DNA from: Acidimicrobiia bacterium
Lineage (GTDB): Bacteria > Actinomycetota > Acidimicrobiia > IMCC26256 > JBMOIW01
Direction: 5' to 3'
Assembly (NCBI GenBank): GCA_049317145.1
Contig: JBMOIW010000003.1
Location: 1-59,503 of the forward strand
Length of the DNA stretch: 59,503 nt
In this document: positions 46,958 through 55,066 of the stretch, piece by piece
How positions within the stretch are numbered: position 1 is the first letter of the stretch
Layout: the number at the start of each line of letters is the position of its first letter
Position numbers and translations under genes: made by a program
Notes under the pieces: generated by a model
Told to the model about the DNA's origin: nothing
Database searches by the model: none
Seen by the model: only the letters and a program-made list of their open reading frames with translations

Positions 46958-48571
46958 ATGGTGATAGGAACACGGAAGTTCTTCAATTGTGTGATTGCCG
47001 CGAGCGTGATTGTTACTCCGAGTGCGCTCGGGGTGGCGTCGAGCAGCGGCATTGCTGGTGCCGCGGATGCGTCGTGTGGCATACCTGGTTCGGGATACGG
47101 GCAAATGTTCCCGCGTCTTGCTGGCGCAACGTGGACCGACACGTCGATCCGTGCGCTGAGCACGTCGATGATGGCGGAAGCAGAAACAACACCGACCCCG
47201 GAGGGGCAGGCCGATCCCGAGGACAACCCGGATATCCCTGCGGGGTACACGTACTTCGGACAGTTTGTCGATCACGATCTCACGCTGGATGACCGGCCCA
47301 ACGATCTGACGACCCCAACCCCGATCAGCGCGCTGAAGAACCTTCGTACACCGCAACTCGATCTCGATAGCGTGTATGGCACCGGCCCGTCTGGCTCACC
47401 GTCGCTGTATGAGAGCGACGGCATGCATCTCAAAGTGGGACGCGCGCTCACGGGTAGTCCGGATGTGGGTGCAGTGGATTTGCCGCGCAACGCCACGACG
47501 GGACAGGCAATCATCGGCGATCCTCGCAATGACGAGAACCGCATAGTTGCGGCGATACATACCTTGTTTTTACGGTTCCACAACCAAATCGTGGATCGGG
47601 TACGCGCCGAAACCCCGCGCATGAGTGCGACCGAGGTATTCACTCGCGCCCGCCAACGCGTGGTATTCACTTACCAGACGATTGTGCTCCAAGATTTTCT
47701 GCCGATCATCGCGGGAGCACGCGTCACTCGCGATGTGGTGTGGCGTACCGACCGCGGGTGGCAAACAAACCTTCGGTTCTATAACCCATGTCAGCAGATG
47801 CCGGTCGAATTTTCGGTCGCGGCCTATCGCTATGGACACTCAATGGTTCGCGGGCTGTATCGCATCAATGCCAATGTGGATCGCCTTTCCGTGTTTTCCG
47901 GCACGTATCAAGCCGGTTCGGATCTTTCTGGCTTCGCACCGGCTCCATCGAACTTCGCACTGAACTGGGATTTGTTCGTGCCGGGCGCGAGGAATCCATC
48001 GGTGCGCGCCCAGCCGTCCTATAAAATCGACGGATCGCTCACGCACGCGTTGAGTTTGTTGCCCCTGCCAACCACTGGGACGGGGCCGGCGAATCTGGCC
48101 ATGCGCAATCTGTTGCGCAGTAAACAACTTGGCCTACCGTCCGGCCAATCCGTCGCACGAGCGATGGGAGTCGAGCCGCTACCGGATAGCCAAATCTTGG
48201 TCGGAAAAGCGACTGGCGATGCGAGTGAAGCGCAGACACTGGTGAGTGTGTCTTCCGAGTTTGCGAACAACGCACCGCTGTGGACGTACATCTTGGCCGA
48301 AGCCACTGCGCACGCTTATCCCGTGCGTGACGGCAAGATCGTTGGCCCACAGCGTGCGCCGTACCGGCTTGGTCCGGTTGGTGGCCGCATCGTCGTTGAG
48401 ACCATCGTGGGGCTGCTGCGCAGCGATGCCAATTCGATCCTCAATCGCAACGTCGCCACCGACGAGTCTTCGCTGCGAGCGCTTGTGAACCGCGTCACCA
48501 CTCCCCGACCGGCTCCGGAACCATCGGTACGCCCGAACCCGGTGCTGCGTCCACCCGCCCCGCGTCGATGA
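46958..48571 (+). CDS. secreted animal-haem-peroxidase-family (peroxidase-cyclooxygenase superfamily) protein
   Basis: ATG 46958 with GAGGAG 7 nt upstream (track ORF starts at 46940). Signal peptide. FGQFVDHDLTLD distal-His motif, LDLDSVYG, HTLFLRFHN, and proximal-His motif AAYRYGHSMV. Confidence 0.8.
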   Translation: MVIGTRKFFNCVIAASVIVTPSALGVASSSGIAGAADASCGIPGSGYGQMFPRLAGATWTDTSIRALSTSMMAEAETTPTPEGQADPEDNPDIPAGYTYFGQFVDHDLTLDDRPNDLTTPTPISALKNLRTPQLDLDSVYGTGPSGSPSLYESDGMHLKVGRALTGSPDVGAVDLPRNATTGQAIIGDPRNDENRIVAAIHTLFLRFHNQIVDRVRAETPRMSATEVFTRARQRVVFTYQTIVLQDFLPIIAGARVTRDVVWRTDRGWQTNLRFYNPCQQMPVEFSVAAYRYGHSMVRGLYRINANVDRLSVFSGTYQAGSDLSGFAPAPSNFALNWDLFVPGARNPSVRAQPSYKIDGSLTHALSLLPLPTTGTGPANLAMRNLLRSKQLGLPSGQSVARAMGVEPLPDSQILVGKATGDASEAQTLVSVSSEFANNAPLWTYILAEATAHAYPVRDGKIVGPQRAPYRLGPVGGRIVVETIVGLLRSDANSILNRNVATDESSLRALVNRVTTPRPAPEPSVRPNPVLRPPAPRR

Positions 48572-48633
48572 ACCATCCATTGTGAGCGATTCTCGGTGGA
48601 CCCGAACGGAGCTGATCCGAAACACTAACGGCC

Positions 48634-50460
48634 GTGTTCATCGACAATGGATCGCTCACGAAATTCCTCGATGCTTGGGCGTTGCACGTCGTCTACGCGC
48701 CTCGCGAACATCTTCCGAACCGGCTGCCCACCGATGCAACTATTGCATTTGCCACCGACTGGTCCCGTGCAATGCTCGGCCACAAACATTCGCGCCGTAC
48801 CGCACGTGCGCTGATGCCGTTGATCGATGCGCGTGAATCGCGGGAGACCTCGGTGCTGCGCGCATATGAACTGCACGTACTGATCGCCATTGCCGCTACC
48901 GATCTCCTCGAGCGCGATCAGATTGCTGCGTTTTTGGCAACGTATCGGGAATCCGGACTGGACCTGTGGTATCGGCCGGTGTCGGTGACGCGTCTGCGTG
49001 CGGTATTGCACACGGTGCTCGAGCCGTACCCGAGCGCAAAGCGCCTTCGACTCTTGTCGTCGCTGGTGGAGAACACCGATCTCGAGCTCATCGGCTGCAT
49101 TCCGCGCTCAACGCACTTTGCCCCGGCGTTTGTTGCGCATTACATGCGCCATGGCCGAGCACCAATTCGTCGCCAAGTGATCGCGCATGCCGGGCTCTCT
49201 GAGGCGATGCAGCACGCGTGCGCTCGTGACCAAGATGTGTGTGTTCGCCACGGCATCGCGGAATGCCCCGACCTGTTTCCGAGTGCCCAATCGCTGGTCG
49301 CGCACGATTCGCAATCTCGAGTGCGAATAGCGCTCGCTCGCAATGAGTGCCTTGAATTTGTCGTACAGTTGGAGCTTGCCCGCGATTCGGACGCCGCGGT
49401 TCGGGTGGCGTTGAGCGGAAATCGAGCGATTACCGCATCAACGATGCGTTTCCTCGCCGCGGATTCCGTTACCGATGTGCGATACGCGTTGGCGCGAAAT
49501 CCGCATCTTCCCGGCGACGTGCAACTCCAACTTGCCAACGATGACGATTCCATGGTGTTGGCTGCGCTTGCCGGAAACATCGGGCTTACCGCACCGGCGG
49601 CTGTGATGCTGGTCAAAGGGGACACTCCTAGGGTGCACGCGCAACTCGCGAGAAATGTGCGTTTCCCCGCCGAATGTCATCTGCCCTTGGCGATGCGGAG
49701 TGGACTCTTAACCCATGCAGTACTGGCCCGTCGCTCCGACCTTTGCGAGGACGCACGCGCGTACCTGATCGAGCATTCCGAAGCGCGGACGCTCATTCCG
49801 AGCAGGGTGAGCACTGAGTGCTTGGCTACTCGGGAGACCTCGTCGATTGCCGCGCTCGAAGATCATGGGGTGTGGCAAGGGCGGGCCCACCACGCGCGAT
49901 ACGAGCGCGCACTGGATTCCAGCAATGGCGAGGACGTACGAGCGTTGGAGCATCCGATAGTGCATCGCCTGCAGCTTGCGTATTTTGCGATCACCCATGG
50001 TTATGCACCGGCCCGCGATCACGTGAAGGACAGCGCTTCGTTGCCGGGGGTAGACGATGTGCCATTCCCGTCGGCCGATGAGGCGCAACGTCGGCTCCAT
50101 GCAGTTGGTGCCATGGTGCACGTGTTTCGGAATGGGCGTGAACTCAAAGCGAACGGTCGTGCGATGGCGAATTGTTTTGTGGGAGAGCGGTATGCAATTG
50201 CGTGCCGGGCTGGTACAACCATCGTTGCCAAGTTCGAACATGACGGCACGCCCTATAACGTCGGCTGGGAGTTCGTCGTCGACTCGTGGGTGCTTATTGG
50301 AGTCGAGGCGCCGAATATCGTTTGCGACGTTCCAAACGCAGTAACCGAGCACGTTCATGACTTGGGACTGGTCCTCGAAGGGCTGTTGCCCATCCGAACC
50401 GTCGGGCACGCACCGCGCGCGGCTGCGCTCTCGTGTGCGATGCCGATAGTTGCCCGGTGA
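48634..50460 (+). CDS. LRV/HEAT-like repeat protein with PcfJ-like C-terminal domain
   Basis: Central repeats (ARDSDAAVRVALSGNRAI, ADSVTDVRYALARNPHLPGDVQLQLANDDDSMVLAALAGN...). C-terminal LKANGRAMANCFVGERYAIACRAGTTIVAKFEHDGTPYNVGWEF resembles the PcfJ-like core (EG..M.HCV..Y). Confidence 0.5.
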   Translation: MFIDNGSLTKFLDAWALHVVYAPREHLPNRLPTDATIAFATDWSRAMLGHKHSRRTARALMPLIDARESRETSVLRAYELHVLIAIAATDLLERDQIAAFLATYRESGLDLWYRPVSVTRLRAVLHTVLEPYPSAKRLRLLSSLVENTDLELIGCIPRSTHFAPAFVAHYMRHGRAPIRRQVIAHAGLSEAMQHACARDQDVCVRHGIAECPDLFPSAQSLVAHDSQSRVRIALARNECLEFVVQLELARDSDAAVRVALSGNRAITASTMRFLAADSVTDVRYALARNPHLPGDVQLQLANDDDSMVLAALAGNIGLTAPAAVMLVKGDTPRVHAQLARNVRFPAECHLPLAMRSGLLTHAVLARRSDLCEDARAYLIEHSEARTLIPSRVSTECLATRETSSIAALEDHGVWQGRAHHARYERALDSSNGEDVRALEHPIVHRLQLAYFAITHGYAPARDHVKDSASLPGVDDVPFPSADEAQRRLHAVGAMVHVFRNGRELKANGRAMANCFVGERYAIACRAGTTIVAKFEHDGTPYNVGWEFVVDSWVLIGVEAPNIVCDVPNAVTEHVHDLGLVLEGLLPIRTVGHAPRAAALSCAMPIVAR

Positions 50461-50733
50461 CCGGCCACCGCGATTGCTTGGCCTCCGAGATCGCCAACTC
50501 GAAGGAGCGGCGCGTCGGCGCAGACGAGTTGTACCGCTGGCTGCGCCGGAATCCGGTTGGCCTGGACGGCGCCGCTCCGGCCTGACACACTCCCCGGCCA
50601 TGAAGGCGTACCAACGCGGAATCCTTGTCGCAGTGCTGGCGGTGCTTGCCGGACTCTTCGTACGTATGCGTGCGCAAAAGTCCGCTCCGATACCCGAAGG
50701 CGGCTGGCGCGAGTTGCAGGGACCGGAGTTTCG

Positions 50734-51735
50734 GTGAGCGCACCGATCCTGATCGCCGGGCTCGGTGCGGTTGGCGCGAATGCAGCTCGTCAACTGGTCG
50801 ACACTCCGTCGGTGACACGCGTGTACGTCACCGACGGGCGCCGTGAGCGCATTGAGCAAGTCATGGGCGCGTTGGCAAGCCCCAAAGTTGCCGCAGCCGA
50901 CATGCGCGACCTTCCCGACGATGTGGAAGTGGTGGCGTGCGCGCTTCCGGAAGACCGTGATCTCCCGCTTGCGGAATTCGCTGTCGAGCGCGGGTGCGCG
51001 TTTACGTCAGCGGCCGAAGACGCCGACGCGATTGTGCAGGTGCTTGCGCTCCATGCCGCGGCCGAAGATGCGGGGGCTCGTCTGGTTCCGGGCGCTGGGT
51101 TTGCCCCCGGCTTCAGTGATGTGTTGGCTGCGCATGCAGCATCCAGTTTCGATCAGATCGACGAGATTCACGTTGCGCGGGTTGGCACTGCGGGTGCAGC
51201 CTCGGCGGCTGTGATGCGTCACGCGCTGCGAAATCGCGCAGCAGTGGCCCACCGTGGCGTGTTGCACGAGGTGCGGCCGCGTGGGCACGAGCTGATCTGG
51301 TTTCCCGAGCCCATCGGGGCGCGCGACTGCACGCTCGTTGCCAGCGGTGTTGCACTGTTGGCGCAGGCGTTCCCTCAGGCGGAGCGCATCGACACGCGTT
51401 TGGCCGAAATGACGGCGCCGCCGTGGATGCGGCGCACCCCCGACGAACAATGGGGTGCGGTGCGCGTGGAATGTTGGGGCCGACAAGGCAGTGTTGAGGC
51501 GCCGCTGATTTATGGCTGCGTCGAGCGCACTGCAGTTGCAGCGGGGATGATGCTTGCGTTGAGCGCGGCGGCCGTCATCGGCGCACTCGATTTGCAACGT
51601 CGCGACGTGCCGTACGCCGGGGTGTTTGGTGTGGGTCAGCTCTTGGATCCGATTCCGACGTTGGCCGAGTGCGCGCGTCGGGGCCTGAAAGCCGCAGTGT
51701 TCGAAGGGCTCGAACAGGTTGGGGCCCGCGCCTAA
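50734..51735 (+). CDS. saccharopine-dehydrogenase-like NAD(P)-binding protein
   Basis: GTG 50734. N-terminal Rossmann loop ILIAGLGAVGANAARQLV, then PGAGFAPGFSDVLAA typical of this family. The longer track ORF (from 50557) is not preferred. Confidence 0.5.
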   Translation: MSAPILIAGLGAVGANAARQLVDTPSVTRVYVTDGRRERIEQVMGALASPKVAAADMRDLPDDVEVVACALPEDRDLPLAEFAVERGCAFTSAAEDADAIVQVLALHAAAEDAGARLVPGAGFAPGFSDVLAAHAASSFDQIDEIHVARVGTAGAASAAVMRHALRNRAAVAHRGVLHEVRPRGHELIWFPEPIGARDCTLVASGVALLAQAFPQAERIDTRLAEMTAPPWMRRTPDEQWGAVRVECWGRQGSVEAPLIYGCVERTAVAAGMMLALSAAAVIGALDLQRRDVPYAGVFGVGQLLDPIPTLAECARRGLKAAVFEGLEQVGARA

Positions 51736-51744
51736 CCTTTCGGG

Positions 51745-52287
51745 ATGAGTTTTGATCCCGAATTCGAAGAACTGGCGCGTGCCTTTCGACGCGAGCTCCA
51801 AGAAGAACAGGCGGAGCTCGAATTAATCGCAGTCGAGGCCGATCTTGGTTCCCTTGATTTACCGTTTGTGTTTCTCGAAGCGCAATGGCGAGGGGATCGG
51901 CTGCGGGTTGTTTGTCTCGGGCGGACGTTTATCGGATATGTCACCCACGTTGGTGAAACGATCGTGACGCTGCTCATCGATTCTGGTGCGACTGCGAACA
52001 TTGCTATTCACGCGATATTGGGGATCATGGTGGAGCAACCCGCAGCGCGACCCGGTTTGCCTCGCGTCGACAAAGATCCCGTGCAGTTCGCGGCACGCCT
52101 CCGCGAGTACGCGGGCATACCGAACGCAGTGTTTGAGTTCGGGGGTGGAGATCCGTCCGTGGCGATTACCGGACGCATCGTGGAGGTACGTGTGGATCAC
52201 GCAGTGATTCGTAGTCGTGACAACGCCACCTGGATGTTGCCGATTGCCGCAATGAGTTATTGCCTACAGGTGCCGATGGGCCGCTAG
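51745..52287 (+). CDS. hypothetical protein
   Basis: 180-aa ORF, the last gene of the co-directional block. No family recognised. Confidence 0.45.
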   Translation: MSFDPEFEELARAFRRELQEEQAELELIAVEADLGSLDLPFVFLEAQWRGDRLRVVCLGRTFIGYVTHVGETIVTLLIDSGATANIAIHAILGIMVEQPAARPGLPRVDKDPVQFAARLREYAGIPNAVFEFGGGDPSVAITGRIVEVRVDHAVIRSRDNATWMLPIAAMSYCLQVPMGR

Positions 52288-52298
52288 TCGCAGCGCAG

Positions 52299-52559
52299 TT
52301 ACCGACCGAAGCCGATTCCGGCCTCGACTTCTTGGTTGGCTGTTTGCGGCATCGAATGTGGCATCGAGCGACCGATGAAGGCGGCAATGTCGTCTTTGAG
52401 GAATCGGTAGCCACGCACACCCGGAATCTGCATGGCCGGCAGACGACCATCTTTGGCCATGAGCTGAATCATCCGCGGGCTAAGGCGCAGCCACTGGGCG
52501 ACTTCCGAAGGCTTCAAGATGGTGGGGTAATCGTCAGGATTGAACGGGCCTGCTGCCAT
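52299..52559 (-). CDS. excisionase-family helix-turn-helix DNA-binding protein
   Basis: ATG 52559. TILKPSEVAQWLRLSPRMIQLMAKDGRLPAMQIPGVRGYRFLKDDIAAFI is the MerR-like HTH_17/excisionase pattern. Divergent from the Tad operon. Confidence 0.7.
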   Translation of the reverse strand: MAAGPFNPDDYPTILKPSEVAQWLRLSPRMIQLMAKDGRLPAMQIPGVRGYRFLKDDIAAFIGRSMPHSMPQTANQEVEAGIGFGR

Positions 52560-52578
52560 AGAGTTTTTATACCAGACC

Positions 52579-52595
52579 ATTCGCAATTTGCGAAT
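52579..52595. promoter_or_regulatory. 17-bp perfect palindrome ATTCGCAA-T-TTGCGAAT in the divergent HTH/cpaB promoter region
   Basis: Read directly, 20 nt upstream of the HTH gene start. The surrounding 60 bp are unusually AT-rich for this window. Confidence 0.45.
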
Positions 52596-52808
52596 AACAA
52601 TTCCGCTCATGCTTTTTTGCGCACTGGCCGTGGTCTGGTGTCTCCCTCCCATGAGTCGGCCGGGCGCGATGCCCATTCTTTTTGCCGGGCACGAGTATCC
52701 GAACCCGCCGACACCTCTATCGGCAGATGCGCAGCATTCCTTTACGGGGTCGGTTATTCCCGGAATCGCTGGGGGGTTTGTCGCATTTGCAAAGTTCAAG
52801 GAGGAGAG

Positions 52809-53534
52809 ATGGGCCAGATAACCGCCACCCAGACCGCAATGCCGGTTGCGCCCGTGGCGCCCCCCCGTCGGCGAGCCGGCGCGCGACTTTCCGGAGGTCA
52901 TCTCTTGATGATCGTGTCGGGTGTTGCCGCGTTCGTGTTGGTCTTTGCACTCTTCGGTCGAGGCGAGGCCCAGGTGCAAGTCGCCGTCGCTACGCAGGCC
53001 ATTGATGCGGATGCACAGGTCACCCCCGCAATGGTCAAAGCGGTCTCCCTCCCCAAGGACTCGCCGCTCGCGAGCCAACTCGTTGCGTATGACGCAATCA
53101 GCAAAGAGACGCGATACGCCACGGTACGCATCGATGCGGGGACTCCAATTGCTCGAACGCATCTCAGCCAAGCCCGCGAAAACACGAAGGTGCAAACACG
53201 CGAGATGGCCCTCAAAGTGGATCGTTCGCTCGTGACAGGTATTCGGCTCACAAAAGGCGACCGTATCGATGTGATCAGCGTTGCGAATGACGGTACGGCA
53301 TGTCGGGTGGCGAACGGCCTGCGCGTAACCGCGATCGAGAGCGCAGGATCCGGATCGCTCGGATCATCGTCCGGTGAGACCACGATTGCAGTAGCGATCG
53401 AACGTGACGGTGATGATCTGCGCTTGTCGACGACCCTCGGCAAGAAGTCGCAAATCGTCCTCGCTACTGGTGCGTCGGCGGTTACCACGAACCCTTGCGT
53501 CGGCGATATCGCGACCAAAAGCCCGGGGAAGTGA
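52809..53534 (+). CDS. cpaB: Flp pilus assembly protein CpaB/RcpC-like (SAF domain)
   Basis: ATG 52809 preceded by AAGGAGGAG. N-terminal TM segment (LLMIVSGVAAFVLVFALF), then a SAF-like segment VAVATQAIDADAQVTPAMVKAVSLP and an RcpC-like C-terminus. Confidence 0.7.
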   Translation: MGQITATQTAMPVAPVAPPRRRAGARLSGGHLLMIVSGVAAFVLVFALFGRGEAQVQVAVATQAIDADAQVTPAMVKAVSLPKDSPLASQLVAYDAISKETRYATVRIDAGTPIARTHLSQARENTKVQTREMALKVDRSLVTGIRLTKGDRIDVISVANDGTACRVANGLRVTAIESAGSGSLGSSSGETTIAVAIERDGDDLRLSTTLGKKSQIVLATGASAVTTNPCVGDIATKSPGK

Positions 53535-53539
53535 CGAGC

Positions 53540-55066
53540 ATGGGGGACATAACGCTCGGCATTGTTGCCAGTGCTCGCTCGTGGCGCACCGATTTGCAAG
53601 CACATATCCGTGACCATGTCACCGGAGTGAAAGCCCAAATTCTGCGAGAACCGCGGATGGCCCTCGAGATGGACCTCGATGTCATCGTTATCGATGATGT
53701 CAGTACGTTCCTCGCCAAAAGCAAAGTGCAGGTGCTCCAGGCGCGCGGCGTGCGAGTCGTCGGAATCTTCGATCCGGATGAGCAAGGCGGTTTGGGCCAG
53801 GGATATCTTGAGCAGCTCGGCGTGGACTTGGCGTTGCCCAGCACGACGCGCTCGGATGACCTGCTGTATGCGATCGAACAGCTGCAGCCTGGACGGTTGC
53901 AATCCACTGGCGATGTCGCGTTCGACTCGATCATGGCGGATTTTGATCTGGCACACCCGGAAACCGTGGTACCGGACATTCCCACTGCGCATGGTCGGGT
54001 GATTGCCGTTGCGGGTCCGAGTGGTGGTGGCGCGACCGAAGTGGCAATCGGTCTCGCTGACGCGCTTGCGTTGCGAGGAGATGTTGCGCTGCTCGTGGAT
54101 GCCGACGAGCAAGGGCCTTCGGTGGGGCGTCGTCTGTGCTACCAATTGCAGCCCAACATTTTGACGGCGATTGATGCGGCGCTGCATCAGACGCATCCGT
54201 TACCCCAAGTTGTTGGGCGCCGCATCGATCATGCACTCGGCCATGTCGGGTTTCATGTCATTCCCGGTATTGCCAACCCGGACGACTGGTCACAGCTGCG
54301 CTCGAGCGACGTGGTCGATTTGTTGCAAGAGACACGCCGGCTTTGGGGATACACCGTGGTGAATGCCGGAAATTCCTTGGAAGACCTCAGTGCCTATGGC
54401 TTTGAACGATTCGGCGCGAGTCGCGGTGTTGTCTCCCACGCGGATCTTGTCGTTGTGGTCGGTGCTGCGTCGCCCGTCGGGCTCCTGCGTATCTTTGAAT
54501 GGCTCGTGGCATACCGCATGCTCGATGCGCAAGCGCCGGTATATGTCGTGCTCAACCGTGCCCCGGGGGCGAAGTTCAAGCGGGCACAGTTGGAAGCCCA
54601 GCTCTACGAGAACCTTGGCGTCAACGGAATCGTTGGGCATTGCTTTGTCGGAGACGACGATCGCGTTGCTGATGCAGACTGGGAAGGACGCCTGGTGGCA
54701 AACGGCGCCTTCACCAAGGCCATGCTGGAACTGGCGAATCTGATCGTCCCGTCACCCCATGCGGTTGGTCGTTCTCAGGCGAAAGCCGCATCGGATCGCC
54801 GGAGTGGAAACAAGTCAGCCAAACAGTTGAAGCAGCCCCGACAGCCCAAGCCGCCCAAGGTGTCCAAGCCCGGACGGCCAACCACGGGTGCACCGCACAC
54901 TGATCAGAGCGCGGCGGTGTTCGAGGACGTGATGTTGCCGCCGATCAATCGCACCAATGTCCGCAGCGCAACCGAAGTCGTCATCGATGAACCCAATTTC
55001 GCGCACCTCCCGTCGCCGCCCGCCAGTTCCCCGGCAGGCCCGAACGGAGGAGTGACTTGGGTATGA
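53540..55066 (+). CDS. TadZ/CpaE-like MinD/ParA-superfamily protein with receiver-like N-domain and Pro/Lys-rich tail
   Basis: VIAVAGPSGGGATEVAIGLADALALRGDVALLVDADEQG (P-loop without Lys), and later VYVVLNRAP. C-terminal KQLKQPRQPKPPKVSKPGRP. Confidence 0.7.
   Translation: MGDITLGIVASARSWRTDLQAHIRDHVTGVKAQILREPRMALEMDLDVIVIDDVSTFLAKSKVQVLQARGVRVVGIFDPDEQGGLGQGYLEQLGVDLALPSTTRSDDLLYAIEQLQPGRLQSTGDVAFDSIMADFDLAHPETVVPDIPTAHGRVIAVAGPSGGGATEVAIGLADALALRGDVALLVDADEQGPSVGRRLCYQLQPNILTAIDAALHQTHPLPQVVGRRIDHALGHVGFHVIPGIANPDDWSQLRSSDVVDLLQETRRLWGYTVVNAGNSLEDLSAYGFERFGASRGVVSHADLVVVVGAASPVGLLRIFEWLVAYRMLDAQAPVYVVLNRAPGAKFKRAQLEAQLYENLGVNGIVGHCFVGDDDRVADADWEGRLVANGAFTKAMLELANLIVPSPHAVGRSQAKAASDRRSGNKSAKQLKQPRQPKPPKVSKPGRPTTGAPHTDQSAAVFEDVMLPPINRTNVRSATEVVIDEPNFAHLPSPPASSPAGPNGGVTWV

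Noticed and set aside
50600-50737. Possible 45-aa single-TM peptide (MKAYQRGILVAVLAVLAGLFVRM...) with a GTGA overlap to the next gene
   Set aside because: No RBS, and no homology I can recognise. It lies in a longer Arg-rich ORF (50450..50737) that looks non-coding. The evidence is too weak to list it as a feature.
41909-52287. Integrative genomic island at tRNA-Ile
   Set aside because: I saw no integrase, recombinase or transposase gene and no direct repeat of the tRNA 3' end, so mobility cannot be claimed. It is only described as accessory-looking.
52299-52559. Prophage or ICE excisionase
   Set aside because: HTH_17/excisionase-type fold, but no integrase or phage genes are adjacent. Its divergent position next to the Tad operon fits a local regulator better.
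52898-54196. 432-aa minus-strand ORF opposite cpaB/tadZ. Similar long shadow ORFs: 49708..50859, 36955..37851, 38926..39741, 34295..35047, 25451..26332
   Set aside because: All are antisense to genes with clear family motifs and operon-style coupling. Shadow ORFs are expected at this GC content.
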